From: Octopus sinensis
Lineage: Eukaryota
NCBI RefSeq assembly: GCF_006345805.1
Contig: NC_043014.1
Coordinates: forward strand, 13,764,001-13,828,000
DNA length: 64,000 bases
Direction of reading: 5' to 3'
Of this stretch, positions 25,503 to 37,879 are shown piece by piece. The notes beneath the pieces were generated by a model. That model had not been told where the DNA came from, ran no database searches, and worked only from the letters and a program-made list of their open reading frames with translations. The position numbers were made by a program, and so were the translations under genes. Every line of letters starts with the position of its first letter. The stretch's first letter is position 1.

Positions 25503-25859
25503 CGGTGCTATAGCTTCAGATACAGCAGGAAGCATTCTGGTGATCTCTGACTTAGCTACAGCACGGGTTGTTGGTAGGCTCAAGTCGTCTTCAGCATCTG
25601 TGAAGTCATCTCCACTATCAAGCATCAATCCATCATTCTGTCCCAGTAAACTGTCACTTTGTCCAAGTAGGACTGGATCTGCTAAGTTATGATAATCCGT
25701 GTCTGGGTCTAAATTTGGGTCGGTTTCATGATCTAAGTGGCTGTTAATTTTGCTCAGCAAAGATGGACCAAGGTCAGGGCTGGATGAAGGAGAGTTGTTT
25801 GGTGGATTACACTCTTTCTCCCTGCTGCTAGAACTGTCACTGCTGGAGACAGATGCCAT
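25503..25859 (-). CDS. ADIPOR: Adiponectin receptor (PAQR family), first coding exon; Ser/Asp-rich N-terminus, 119 codons
   Basis: ATG in strong context (GCC ATG G) at 25859; open to donor CCG|GTAAGT at 25503/25502, phase 0, matching the phase-0 acceptor of the next exon. The sequence is low complexity, so assignment rests on splice phase, position and orientation. Confidence 0.8.
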
Positions 25860-26161
25860 GGCTGTCTTCTGGTATAAAGTGACCTATGAAGCAAATGATT
25901 CTTCTATCCACAAGTTGTATGCTGTACTTCTTATCCAAGACAGAATTTGTCTACGCTCATGGCTTCATAATAAGTAGGCATGAATTCTTTAAAAGCAACA
26001 GTCAAAATATTTCTAAGCAAGTGCACCATATAGCACCATCTGCTTAGATTGCAAATTTATAATAAATTGCAGATTCTTTTATTTATTTTTTTTTTTATCG
26101 GCAATACAAAAATGACGCCCAAAGTTTAATTGTTAATCCAGTATGGCATTCCGATTTGAAC
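25860..26161 (-). other. ADIPOR: Probable 5' UTR part of the first coding exon, with two candidate acceptors (26161 and 25883)
   Basis: Strong acceptor ttttttttgttttttttttatttcaag|G at 26161; weaker tttgcttcatag|G at 25883. Confidence 0.5.
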
Positions 26162-27012
26162 CTTGAAATAAAAAAAAACAAAAAAAAACGGTTAATTTAA
26201 ACGAATCAATTATAATCACCAACAGTTTAACAACTCTTTTATAATACAGCACTTAATTCAGTATCACACCTGTGAAGTATGATGCTCACAAGTCTACCTG
26301 TCTTTACTTCCACCTATATCTTTCCTGCTTATCCCCTCTGCCTTGGGTACTTTCAGTAAGTGTAGCACACCACTTTGTTTTTGTGTCCCTGACATGCATT
26401 ATTCATACCAATCCATTTGCATCACATACCAATTTCAAATTTTGCCACAAGGCCAGCAGTTTCGGAGAAAAATAATCAAACTTTAAACATTTTCTTACTG
26501 GAACAAGCAAACATCAAATTTAGCATAAAAAATTACACCAATATACCAAATTTGAAAATTTACACTTAATCTTAAAATTTCAAAAAGTGAAAGCCAAGAA
26601 GAAAAGACCCTTATAAACCACAAAAGGGGTGAAAGGCAAAGTCAGCCTCACGAGAATTTGAACTGAGAACATAAAGACAGATGAAATGCCACTAAATATT
26701 TTTTCCCCACATGCGAACGATTCTACCAGTTCACCATCTTTCCATTTGTATCACACATTCTCACTCATATAGTCATCTCTGTTGCACTCAATATTTCTCT
26801 GAAGTTAACATTAAGAAGTCCAATAGATAAATCTCATCTCAATAATTTGCTGCAAATTGTTGGAATTATAATTTATAGGAAACATTGGTAATATCAATGA
26901 TAAAGAAATTTATTTATGTGAGCTAATGAAATTACTCGCCTCACAAGTAAAAACAAATTGTGGTGAAAACGATGTTAAAAAAACATTATACTAATCTATA
27001 TACTACATCAAC

Positions 27013-27340
27013 ATAGCTGTGTGGTGGTAAGAAGTTTGCTTCCCAACTACATAGTTCCAGGTTCAGTCCCACAGTGTGGCATCTTTGACAAGTGTCTTCG
27101 ATTGTAGCAATGGCTCCCAACCTGTGGTCTACAAAGATGGTACTGGGGGTCTGTGGATATGTTAAGCTGACAGACCTTTCAATATCCTGGGGTCTGTGGG
27201 AAAACTCATTTCGATAAAAAGGGTCTTTGGTAGTGAAAAGGTTGGGAACCACTGTATTATAGCCTCAGGCTGACCAAAGCCCTGTGAGTGGATTTGATAG
27301 AGAGAAACTGAAGGAAGCACTTTGTATATGTATGTATACA
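27013..27340 (+). mobile_element. SINE family A head, interrupted by a hAT MITE and followed by an expanded microsatellite (to ~27540)
   Basis: The head resumes (CCTCAGGCTGACCAAAGCC) directly after the MITE. Confidence 0.8.
27108..27254. mobile_element. hAT MITE (147 bp)
   Basis: TIR CAATGGCTCCCAACCT / AGGTTGGGAACCACTG; degenerate 8-bp TSD GATTGTAG / TATTATAG. Confidence 0.8.
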
Positions 27341-27399
27341 TATACATACACATACATATATACACATACATACATGTACATACCTATACATCTACACAC

Positions 27400-27430
<31 letters not shown>

Positions 27431-27463
27431 CATACATACATGTACATACCTATACATCTACAC

Positions 27464-27534
<71 letters not shown>

Positions 27535-28371
27535 TACATATGTGGGAAATTCTGTTTGTGGGTGTGCTTGTGAAGTTGTAGATGGCTAAAAATATTGATA
27601 ATAGGGCCCTCGGAAGGAATACTTATATATATCTAATATATTTCATATTATCAGCCAAGGGAAATAAACCATTCATTTTCCTAAATCATTTGGTATAAAT
27701 CAAATTGATTATGCTTATTTCTCAGCATTTGAAATGTTAGAGTTATTTTTGCAATTTATCCAGTACAACTCTTAAACAAGTACAGTATTTTACTAAACAA
27801 TAGCTCCACTTATTTCAGTTAGTGACTTATTCACAAATATACCAACACTAGCAGCGCTGAGGGTAATACTCTCAGGGAATGCACAAAAGCCCTTTTTCAG
27901 AGTAATTTACTTTGAATTGTTATCTCATATCTGATTAGCCTGTTATTATGTAACATGCTTCATGATTTTAGTATACTAACATTATTAGTATTTCCTTCAA
28001 AGATCTATATACTCTGGGAATGCATTAAAGCCCTTTTCGGGCCTACTTTATTTGAATTCTTACTCTCAGGTAACTAATTTCATATTATTACAATTTGGGT
28101 ATTCATAACATACTGGGAATTCTTAAAAACAATATCCTGTACAAGACAGTTCAGTATTCTCTGTAAATGCAAAAAAAAACAAAAAACGTTTTAAGGATTA
28201 CATGGTTTGTATTATTGGATTAGTGAAACCATTATGAGAATAGAACCAAGGACTAAGCACCACTTCCCAGGAATAACCGGGTATATCAGTATATATATAT
28301 ATATACAGAGACATAGATACACAAAGACATACATACATATATACACATATACATATGCATACATATATATA

Positions 28372-29270
28372 TCATCATTTAACGTTTGTTTTCCGTGCTA
28401 GCACGGGTTGGACAGTTCGACCAGGGTCTGGGAGGCCAGGAAGCTGCACCAGGCTCCAATCTGTTGTTTCTACAGCTGGATGCCCTTCCTAACACCAACC
28501 ACTCCGTGAATGTAGTGGGTGCTTTTTACGTGCCAGGAGAGGCTGGCAGGGTCCATGACTGGTTGGTGCTTTTTACATGCCACCGGCACAGGTATCACAA
28601 CTACAATTTCCATTTGATATTTATTTTGATGTTGATGTACTTGACTCAATAGGTCTCAAGCACACCAGGTCACCCTACAACCCAAGGTAAGCACAGCAGG
28701 TCGTTCTGCAATCCAAGGTACTTTGGATGGGCTGGGGCTATGCGAAACTGGCGCAAGAAACAGCCATGAACTCACATTATGTGTCAGGTCTTTGCAGTCA
28801 CAGCATATCTCCAGAGATCTCGGTCTTTCGTCATTGCCTCTGTGAGGCCCAACGTTTGAAGGTCTTGCTTGACCACCTCATCCCATGTCTTCCTGGGTCT
28901 ACCTCTACCCCAGATTCCTTCAACTGTTTGGGAGTGGCACTTCTTCACACATCTCTCCTCATCCATCTGCAGTACATGACCATACTAGCGCAAATGTCTC
29001 TCTTTGCACACCATATCTGATGCTTCTTATGTCCAGCATTTCTCTCAGGGCGCTTACACTCTGCCATGTGTGCACACTGACATTACACAACCAGCGGATC
29101 ATGCTAGCTTCATTTCTTTCAAGCCTACGCATGTCCTCTGCAGTCACAGCCCATGTTTTACTACTGTGAAGCATGGCAGTTCATACACATGCATCGTAAA
29201 TCTCCCTTTCACTCTGAGCAAGAGACCCTTTGCCATAGTAGGGGTAGAAGCTTTCTAAACTTTGCCCAGG
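28372..29270 (-). mobile_element. RTE-clade LINE 3' end (ORF C-terminus plus 3' UTR)
   Basis: TWAVTAEDMRRLERNEASMIRWLCNV and MDEERCVKKC...GRGRPRKTWDEVVKQDLQTLGLTEAMTKDRDLWR, followed by the GGCACGTAAAAAGCACC-containing UTR and a GATGAT tail. Confidence 0.92.
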
Positions 29271-29299
29271 CTATTCATATTCTAGTGGTGACACTCTCT

Positions 29300-29768
29300 G
29301 AGCATATATATACACATGTATATACATACATACGTACATATATACATACGTATGTATGTACATATATACATATGTATGTACATATATAGATACGTACATA
29401 CATACATATGTATGTACATATATACATATGTACATATGTATGTACATATATACATATGTATATACAATATATACATATGTATGTACATATATGCATATGT
29501 ATGTACATATATGCATATGTATGTACATATATGCATATGTATGTACATATATGCATATATACATAAATATATACATACATATATATACATAAATATATAC
29601 ATACATATATATACATAAATATATATATACATACATATATATACATATACATAAATATATATATACATACATATATATACATATACATAAATATATATAT
29701 ACATACATATATACATATACATACACACACACACACATATATATATATATACACACACATATGTATAT
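29300..29768. repeat. Compound (TA)/(TACA)/(TATG) microsatellite
   Basis: Directly visible; source of spurious Y/I/M/V/C/H-rich ORFs. Confidence 0.97.
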
Positions 29769-30314
29769 GGTGGCTGCCCCCTCGCTATCGAGTATGGCCA
29801 TTGCATGAAGCTTAATCAATGTTGTTATCGTGCAATGCCTGTGCAAGAAGATTTTTTTTGTAAAGTGAGGAAAGGCTGTGCACTGAGTCAATCCCACTCA
29901 CTAAGCAACAGTAGCCATAATCCGAAAAGAAGAACAAGTCAACATCATCGGTAACCACTGAGCCGCAGGTTTTATGTCGGAGTTATCCCAGATATCTTCT
30001 CCAAGAAGGATGCCCTAATAAAAGCTAGGAGTCCTTCACTCCCAATGGTTTAACCGCGCAATCGAGTATTCAGTCCGATTATTTCTATGTTCCTGCGCAT
30101 GATACATCCTTAAGACATTTATTGGATGGTCGTTGACTCCCAAGAGTTCCTCCGCCCTTTGACGGGTTTTGTTTACATCCTGCAGGGTGTCCAATAAACA
30201 CCCCCCTCACCAAGCAAGCTTGGTGGGGTTGCCGGTTTAGTCGCTGACGACTCGACCATGTAACGGGTTGTACTGGGTTACATGTTACCAGTAGCACTCG
30301 AAAGTGACCTGACA
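29769..30314 (-). mobile_element. Unclassified CpG-rich insertion, possibly the 5' UTR of a non-LTR retrotransposon
   Basis: Sharp GC/CpG rise between two microsatellites; several hairpins; no convincing ORF. Confidence 0.4.
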
Positions 30315-30384
30315 CATATGTATATATATACATATATATATATACATATATATATATATACATACATATATATACACATATATT

Positions 30385-32470
30385 TTTTTTTCTCTAGTTT
30401 CAGCTCAGAGCTGCGGCCATGCCGATGCACCGCTGTTTTGTGCTACACTGTCATTGCGAAGAACCTCGTCTAATATGTGGAACTTGGTGAAGAATGCAGT
30501 TTGATATAGCTACTCTCATTTGCACCTCTTGCCGTGAGGTAGGTTCATCTGGGATTCTCGACAGGAAGATGTCCAGCTTTGATTTAAAAACCGCTACATC
30601 TACTTTGTGCAAGTTCCTGAGACTCTTTGGGAGAATATTAAAAAGCTGTGGGCCCTTGCAGAAGCTGGTCCTGAAGCGTGATGGCATTGCTGGGATCTTT
30701 GGCACTACGCAGTGTCGTCCCGTTCTAGCATTGGTGTAGCTTACAATGCCAAAATTTGGCACAATTCCTTCCAGGATCTTCCAGACATATATTACTGCAT
30801 ACCTCTCCCGTCTTCTCTCCAGGGAGTAGAGTCTTAGCTGTTTCAACCTTTCCCAGTAGCTGAGCTGTTGCAAAGAGACGATCTTCTTTGTGAATCTTCT
30901 CTGGATTGCTTCAAGGTCCGCTGTTAATTTTACACTGGTGGGTGACCATAGCTGTGAGCAGTAATCCAGGCAGCTGAGGACGAATGTCCGCCAGAGGACC
31001 ATCATAGTTTCCTTATCTCTGGTTCTGAATGTTCTTAGGATCCACCCAGCCAGTCGTCTGCACTTTGTCGCCATCCTGGTAATGTGCACTTGGAAAGAGG
31101 TATCATCACTCATGTCGATACCCAGGTCCCTCACAGACTTAGGCTCTGGGATTGAAATTCCCTGTGGACCGGTGTATCCTGTAAGTTTAATATTCAGTTT
31201 TGGATGCTGGTAGCGCAGGGCCTGGAATTTTTCAGCATTAAACTGCATATTATTATCCTCAGACCATCTGTAGATTGAGTCCAACTCCTGCTGCAGGTGT
31301 GCAACATCGCTGGGGTTCTGTATTTTCTGCGAGACTTTGGTATCGTCTACTAGCTACTATGGCAGTGGTCTCCCTGTGGAACACCACTACTATTTGTGTG
31401 TTCATAGAGGTGGCTCCATTAACCACTACTGCCTGACTCCTATCGTTTAGGAAGTCATGTAACCACACTCCAAGTTTTCCAGCTATGCCGAGGTCATGAA
31501 GTTTGTGGCATATCATACCATGATCCACCTCGTCAAAAGCTTTTGCAAAATCAAGGTAGATTACGTCCACATTTGATTTGTTGAGTAACTGCCTCAACAC
31601 CCAGTCATAATGTTGTAAGAGCTGGGTCAGGCAGCTCCTACCTGGTCGAAAACCATGCTGGGTATCACTCAGCAAGTTATTTTCCTCAAGGAATGCGATT
31701 AGTTTCTTTCTGACTATCCGTTCCATGACTTTGCTGATGTGTGAAGAAAGAGAGATTGGCCTATAGTTTTTGGCATCTGCTCTACTTCCCCCTTTAGGTA
31801 TTGGGCATATTATTCCCTCCTTCAGCTTGCTTGGCAGTTTGCCATTCGCAAGAAAGCTCTGGAAGAGAATCTTGAGGGGTTTTGCCAGGGCATGCTTACA
31901 CGCTTTGAGGAGGATGGCTGGGAAACCATCTGGACCAGCAGCTGAGTTTGTGTCCACTTCATCTATGGCTAGTAGGACATCTTTTTCGCTAATGTCAATA
32001 CATTCTATTGTAACCGCCTCGCGGGTTATAGGTGAGGTGGCAAAGAAGTCCACTGGTTCGTTCACTTGTCTGTGTTCCACTTTTGAACTGGTCATTCAGT
32101 ATCTCACTGATCTTAGTTGGACTGTCTGTGAGGGAGCCATCCTTTTGGAGGAGGGGTCCTATCTTGTATTGCACTGAGACTGTTTCTTTCACATAATGAA
32201 AGAAGGCCTTTGGGTTTGATTTAATATTTTTTATAACCCAGGCTTCTTTGTTTGCTTTCTCCTTCACATAGGATTGTTGCAGCCTTTTTTCGATCTCCAT
32301 CAGTGTTGTTTTTAGGCGGGACGTTTTGCTACTTTTGGGATGTAGGTTGAGACGATTTGCAACCTTCGTCCGTCGTTTCATGGGATCTTCCTGTCTCTTG
32401 GAATCTTGCTCCTATTTGTTTTGACCTTGTGCTCTGGGACATATTTCTGGCATACGCTTGCACAGAAGAC
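30385..32470 (-). mobile_element. CR1-clade LINE, 5'-truncated and defective, with intact 3' UTR and poly(A)
   Basis: ORFs 31995-32381, 31259-32095 (NYRPISLSSHISKVMER, QHGFRPGRSCLTQLL, YLDFAKAFDEVDHG) and 30451-31284 (RYSLERRRERY, WNK-like region GPQLFNILP). Internal deletion after SGVPQG. Confidence 0.93.
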
Positions 32471-32489
32471 ATGAAACATTCTAGTTTCA

Positions 32490-32502
32490 TGTCAATATAT
32501 AT

Positions 32503-32552
<50 letters not shown>

Positions 32553-33206
32553 ATATATATATATACATATATACATATATAAATACATAATATACATATA
32601 CATATATAAATACATATACTATACATATATACATATATATATACATATATACATATATTATACATATATACATACATATACATATATATATCATATATAT
32701 ACATAACAATATATATACATATAACATCATATACAGATACATAAACTACATATATACATACATATACACATACAATATACATATACATACATATACATAC
32801 ATATATACATATACACATATATATATATATACATATACATCTACATACACATACATATACATACATATATACATACATATATATATATACATATCATACA
32901 TATCATCACATATACATCCATCTATACATACATATATACCTACATATATACATATACATATATATATATATATATACATACATATATAATACTATATATA
33001 TACATATATACATATATACATATACTACATTATACATTCTATANNNNNNNNNNNNNNNNNNNNNNNNNNNNNNNNNNNNNNNNNNNNNNNNNNNNNNNNN
33101 NNNNNNNNNNNNNNNNNNNNNNNNNNNNNNNNNNNNNNNNNNNAAACACATATATATATACATATATATATATGTATGTATGTATACGTATGTGTATATA
33201 TATGTA
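32490..33206. repeat. (TA)/(TACA) microsatellite spanning a 100-N assembly gap (33044-33143)
   Basis: Directly visible. Confidence 0.97.
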
Positions 33207-33208
33207 TA

Positions 33209-33701
33209 CCATAAATCCTCAAGTATAATCCGCTTTTTTTTCCAAAAATTAAAAGGTCAAAATCCCTAGTGCGTACTATATACAAGGTCAAAAATGAAAA
33301 ATATTTTCTTAGCAATGTCTGAGTCGCTATTTGCTGTCCGGCAATGTTTATTCAGATGCATTTTGTGATGCCGGGCACGAAAATACATTAAGCTAAGCCT
33401 GAAAGCAATGAAGTCATAGAAGAATCATCCATAACTTGCAGTAAGCAACATTTATTAAAATAAAAATATTCAGAACACAGAATAACCTGTAACAAAAACA
33501 ATTTGAAAACATATTTACATTCCCATATAACAGTTAAGAACATCACCACTATTGTATTATGCATGCGTGGAAGTGTTTGTTTGACTCAAGTTAGAGAAGG
33601 GTTGCGTATTATACACAAGATTTAGACTTTTCAGAGGCACAGCCTCCTAAAAATCCCCATTGTATTATACATAAGGGCAGAATATACTCGAGGATTTACA
33701 G
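33209..33701. mobile_element. Tc1/mariner superfamily (pogo/Tc2-like) non-autonomous element
   Basis: TA-flanked TIRs CCATAAATCCTCAAGTATAATCCGC / GCAGAATATACTCGAGGATTTACAG. Confidence 0.8.
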
Positions 33702-35229
33702 TAATTGATGAATAGTATCATCATCATCTTCCACGATGATGTAAGTTGGGTAGTTTTGAAGGATCCAACGAACTGGAGAACTGTGCTAAGCTCCAATGTT
33801 TATTTTGGCATGGTTTCTACAGCTTGGTAATCTTCCTATCATCAACCATTTTACAGAATGTACAGGGCGCTACTTCTTGTGACACTGGTATAAGTTAGCA
33901 TTTAAATTATTGTGTCAAATGTAACATTTATTCATTCATATTATTTGGAATTAATTATGCACTATCTTGTAGCTTTTGAGATTTCAATGATGTAATGGTA
34001 TACTTTTAGAATGATGCTTTAGAAAGAAGGTAGATGTGTGAGGCCAGATCTCACCAGTTTGAACACAAACCAAGTAGACTAAAGGGTTAAGTAAAATGAA
34101 AAAGCAATTATAAAATCTTTCTGGGTCCTGAATTTTCAGAAGTTTCACTGAAGGAGACTGTGCACCATTCTTCACATGAAATCATCATCATCATCGTTAA
34201 CGTCTGTTCGACTGGGGTCTGGGAAGCCAAGGCTGCACCAGGCTCCAGTCTGATCTGGCAGTGTTTCTACAGCTGGATGCCCTTCCTAACGCCAACCACT
34301 CCGCAAGTGTAGTGGGTGCTTTTTACGTGCCACCTGCACAGGTACCAGGGGGGTCTGGCATCAGCCACAATCGGTTGGTGCTTTTAACGTGCCACCGGCA
34401 CAGAAGCCAGCCAAGGCAGCGCTGGCATCGGCCCATAATAAGAGTCATAATATTGCAGACCCTGCATAAGTCATGCTGGCATGATAAAAACAGGTGCAAA
34501 AATGAAGACAAGCATAACACACATTATTTATATATTTTTTTTTATCTAGTTTCAGCTCATGAGCTGTGGCCATGTTGGGGCACCGCCATTCAAAGTTGCA
34601 TCCCTAGTCATACACATATATATCATCAGATTAAAAAGTTGCCTAGCCGTACTTATTTTTCCTTTTGACTCTTTTACTTTTTATTTTCACACACGAAGAA
34701 TACCTAAGACTAGAATTGGTAGCATACCATAGGAATACTAGCAGCTATTCGGGAATTCTAAGGGTGAACGAGCTCTATTTGTACTCTTAGATGTTCATAA
34801 CAGAACACACTATATATATATCTTATTTTAACATCTGCTTTTCTATGCTTGTAGGGAACAGATAGAATTTTGTTGAGGCAGATTTTCTATGGCTGGATGC
34901 CCTTCCTGTCACCAACACTCACCCATTTCCAGGTAAGATAATATTTCCCTATGGCCAGATGTGTTTTTCACAGGAGGCTAGAAATTAACAGCATTATTTG
35001 TATGATGGTGATGCTCATTTGTAACCATCATATGATGTCAAGATAAGGGTAAACACACGAGAATGTAGAAAATTAGCTGCATTTTTACCAAAACTTTCTT
35101 AAGGTTGGCACACAGCCTTCAGGGCACACATGCTAAAAGATGGCACTCTTGTAGTTATGTAACCAAGGTTTGACCTTGATTGCTCCAGTTTTTTCTTTCT
35201 TGTGCTACAGAGTAAACTTGGTTGCTCTG

Positions 35230-35930
35230 CTGGCTGTGTGCACCAAGGAAGAACAGAGGTCAGTGACCTGATTTCTCAAGCTTGAAATGTTTTGCAGGCT
35301 TTAAGCACAATATAAAGACAGCACTCTGCCATATAGAAGTGTGTACGAGGGGCTCGAAAAGCTTAAAAATGGCTGGACAAGCGTGAAGCATGAAGAGGGA
35401 GCAGGATGCCAACCAACCTCCACCACTGACGTGTCAATTCAACCAACTTGAGATGATTCTGGTGAACTGACAAACAACCATTGATGAGGTGGGATGTTCT
35501 CTGCATACAAAATCATTCACAGCTAGCTTCACTTTTGTAAGGTCTGCCAATGGAGCTTACAAGAGCACATAAACGCAATTGTGTAGAGACCTACCAACAC
35601 TTACTTGACCACTACAATGATGAAGACGAAGCTTTTTCTGGAGAATTCAACAGGCAAAATATGGAGTAGAAACATCCAGGATTGCCAGTGAAACAGAAAT
35701 TCAAAACTCAATCTTTTGTACAAAAAGTGATACTGTCTTTTAGGATACAAAAGGACCTATACAGGAACATTACCAGGGAAAGGGGTCTAAAGTCACCGAT
35801 GATGAGTAACATGAGTAAAATACTAGCCAACAAACTGAAACCAGAAATTCACACCAAACATCAATGTCTATTGTCAAGAAAGGAATGAGGGATGACAATT
35901 GAAAAACTGGAATTTCAACTTGGTTCTCGA
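35230..35930 (+). mobile_element. Degenerate mariner transposase remnant
   Basis: EEQRSV...AQYKDSTLPYRSVYEGLEKLKNGWTSVKHEEGAG resembles the mariner N-terminal HTH region; frameshifted. Confidence 0.65.
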
Positions 35931-37639
35931 TCGGCTCCAATGCACCAGCCAGTGGTATGTGAGTGTGTGTGTGTATATATATCTCTCTCTAAATATATAT
36001 ATATATATATATACACACACTCTCTATTCAGACTGTATATCAAGACATATCAAGAATGAATTACTTATTGGTTGACATTTGACAATAAAACACAACCAGG
36101 TGGAAATCAAGCTTCTTTGTCAAATATACACTCTTGTACAACAAAAATTATAGGTTTATAAATTAACTTCTTTACAATATATTACATTATATATGTGTGT
36201 GTGTCTGTGTGTATATAAAGCACATATACATTGTGCAGATCATCATCAGGAGGTAGTTTTATAAAATGAATTTCACATTTTAAATATTAGCCATATAATG
36301 CAACAAAACTTAAAATAGACAGAATAACAAGCAGAATGAAATGTAAACAAAGCCAACATTGGATTGTATGTATGTATATGTATATATATATATAATATAT
36401 ATATATACATACAGATGCACACACACACACCAGGAATACTGGTGCTAGGTGGGTGGGTGGGGTGGGGTGGGGTTAAAGTTGATCCCCGTGGGATTTGAAC
36501 TTAGAATGTAAAGAGCTAGAAGAAATACCACTAAGAATTTTGTCCAATGTGCTAATGATTCAGCCAGTTCACCGCTTCATCATCATCATTTGATGTCCTC
36601 CTTTCATGCTGGCATGGGTGGAACGGTTTGACAAAAGCTAGCCAGACAGAAGCCTGCACCAGACTTCTGTAACTGGTTTAGCAGGATTTTTACAGCTGGA
36701 TGCACTTCCTAACACCAACCACCCAGCAGAGTGGACTTAGTGCTTTTTACATGGCACAAGCACAAGCAAGGTCATTTTTAGTAAGGTTTTTACAGCTGGG
36801 TGCCCTTCCAAACACCAACCACTTTACAATGTGGACCAGGTGCTTTTAAGTGGCACTTGCACTGACAGGGTCACCAAGTACTTGCAAGACGAAAAACTCT
36901 TTTGAGAGGGGATGGGGGCATGAATGTATGTATGTACACACACGTATATACGCTCACATACATACATATAAATGCACTCAAAAGGTTGAAGCAACTTCAA
37001 AGAGGAGCTTTACATGAACATCATGTATACATTGCTTATGGGATGGCCAGCTGATGGATTAGCTTCAAGTGCTCATAGGTCTAGAGCAAGATTGCCTGCT
37101 AACCACCACTCTTTTCCTGGAATTTGTCATGAAAAATATCAACTTGATTGAAAAAAAAAAATGGGGTATGGAAATAAATTACTCCAAATGGAAAATCCTG
37201 TCGCTTAAAATGGAAATCCTCACACTGGAAATAAGACACAACAGACTGCGGGTTACTTGGTAACAGTGAAAAAATGGATCGCACTAGCAGCTACATAGAA
37301 TGGAACATTACACAATCTGAAAGAAGCAAGATATTAGCCAGCGTTAGGTTGTATTCAATAGCCTTTCCCAAGTGCAACCAAATATCTCAAAAACGTGATA
37401 GACACGCAGAGCAAATGTTGTTGACATACAATGTTTATGGGCTTTAATTTCACATGACATACCATTCTTGAGTTCGGATAAGTTTGGTATTTTGTATGTA
37501 TGTGTGTATGTTTGTGATGAATATGTGTGTGCACACACACTCACATTTACATGCACACACATATTCATCACAAACATACACACATTTACACACATACATA
37601 CAAAATACCAAGTAGTATTTAATAGAGAAAAATAAATAA

Positions 37640-37725
37640 CATTACTGCATGTACTTTATATGCACTTTCTGACAAGTTGTGGTGCACCTGAGCACTGTAT
37701 ACAATAATTTCATTATATTATATTG
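37640..37725 (+). mobile_element. CR1 3' UTR tail fragment
   Basis: Reverse complement of 161-240. Confidence 0.85.
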
Positions 37726-37837
37726 AATGCCACCCTGTAGACCGCTCAGAGCCATGAAGACAGGTTCACCACCTGCAAACCAGCGGGAGAGAATCTGATC
37801 GTTGGTGGTCCTGTTGGCAGGACTAAACGAAGGTTCG

Positions 37838-37879
<42 letters not shown>

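Noticed and set aside
27265-33315. Many long Y/I/M/V/C/H-rich ORFs (e.g. 29271-29897, 32329-32878)
   Set aside because: They are translations of TA/CA/TACA microsatellites.
37730-37835. GG-hairpin-CUAA motif (also at about 30238-30256 on -) resembling the HDV-like P4/J4-2 junction
   Set aside because: I could not place P1, P3 and an L3 containing CC at valid spacing, so the nested double pseudoknot does not close.
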